DNA of 64,000 nt from an uncultured archaeon. GTDB lineage: Archaea; Thermoproteota; Bathyarchaeia; Bathyarchaeales; Bathycorpusculaceae. Below, piece by piece: positions 63,616 to 64,000 of this stretch. Under the pieces are notes generated by a model. That model was not told the DNA's origin and made no database searches. It saw only the letters and a program-made list of their open reading frames with translations. The stretch covers positions 1 to 64,000 of the forward strand of contig CAWALK010000020.1 of the NCBI GenBank assembly GCA_963782915.1, in the 5' to 3' direction. Each line of letters begins with the position of its first letter. The first letter of the stretch is position 1. The position numbers and the translations under genes are program-made.

Positions 63616-64000
63616 ATGCGACTGCTACTGAGCTGTGCTGAATTGGGGTTAGGTCATGTTTCAAGGATTATTCCACTTGGCAAAAGGCTCGAGAAGCAGG
63701 GGCATGAACTGTTCTTTTTTTCAGGCGGCAAAGCCTACGAGTTGCTGGAGAAAGAATTCAAAAACGTTAACAGGATAACGCCGATTTCTTGGTATGAGAA
63801 TGCGCATGGAATTTTGACTTCGGCGTCATTGCTTAACATGTTCATTCCCCTACCGCTCTTTAACATGGAGCTTAACAAGTTCGAAATAAAAAATTCAAAC
63901 GCATACGAAACCATCCACCGCTACTATGACCTAAGAGAAAACATCCGCGACATCTCGCCTGACGTACTCATATCAGATGGCGACATCAACGCGCTTAGGT
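63616..64000 (+). CDS. GT-B glycosyltransferase (MJ1255/GT28-like), runs off the window
   Basis: LGLGHVSR, PDVLISD. Confidence 0.75.
   Translation, partial: MRLLLSCAELGLGHVSRIIPLGKRLEKQGHELFFFSGGKAYELLEKEFKNVNRITPISWYENAHGILTSASLLNMFIPLPLFNMELNKFEIKNSNAYETIHRYYDLRENIRDISPDVLISDGDINALR

Overview
Archaeal chromosome segment, most consistent with Bathyarchaeia (inference from the gene set: topoisomerase IB, Ftr, form III RuBisCO with AMP phosphorylase and ribose-1,5-bisphosphate isomerase, archaeal PEP carboxylase, TFE-beta, KEOPS, aRF1). Many conserved genes are split by 1-nt indels, which looks like long-read assembly error. The left ~15 kb is an accessory region built around two divergent tRNA genes, tRNA-Leu(TAG) on - and tRNA-Thr(GGT) on +. 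Main finding: downstream of tRNA-Leu there are six (possibly seven) same-orientation, variably decayed copies of the tRNA 3' end/T-arm. They divide the DNA into 0.6-2.6 kb units of 1-2 unrelated genes, with recurring non-tRNA flanks and no recognisable integrase in the window. This resembles an integron-like, tRNA-anchored cassette array, and a shorter mirror array follows tRNA-Thr. Second finding: an unannotated dispersed intergenic element of ~55-150 bp with at least 7 loci. Three copies keep an exact 53-nt spacing and a stem that covaries (GTTGTTG/CAACAAC vs GAAGAAG/CTTCTTC). The rest of the window is mostly housekeeping and metabolic genes, including an MvhD-polyferredoxin gene attached to NfnAB and a PMT-type glycosylation cluster.
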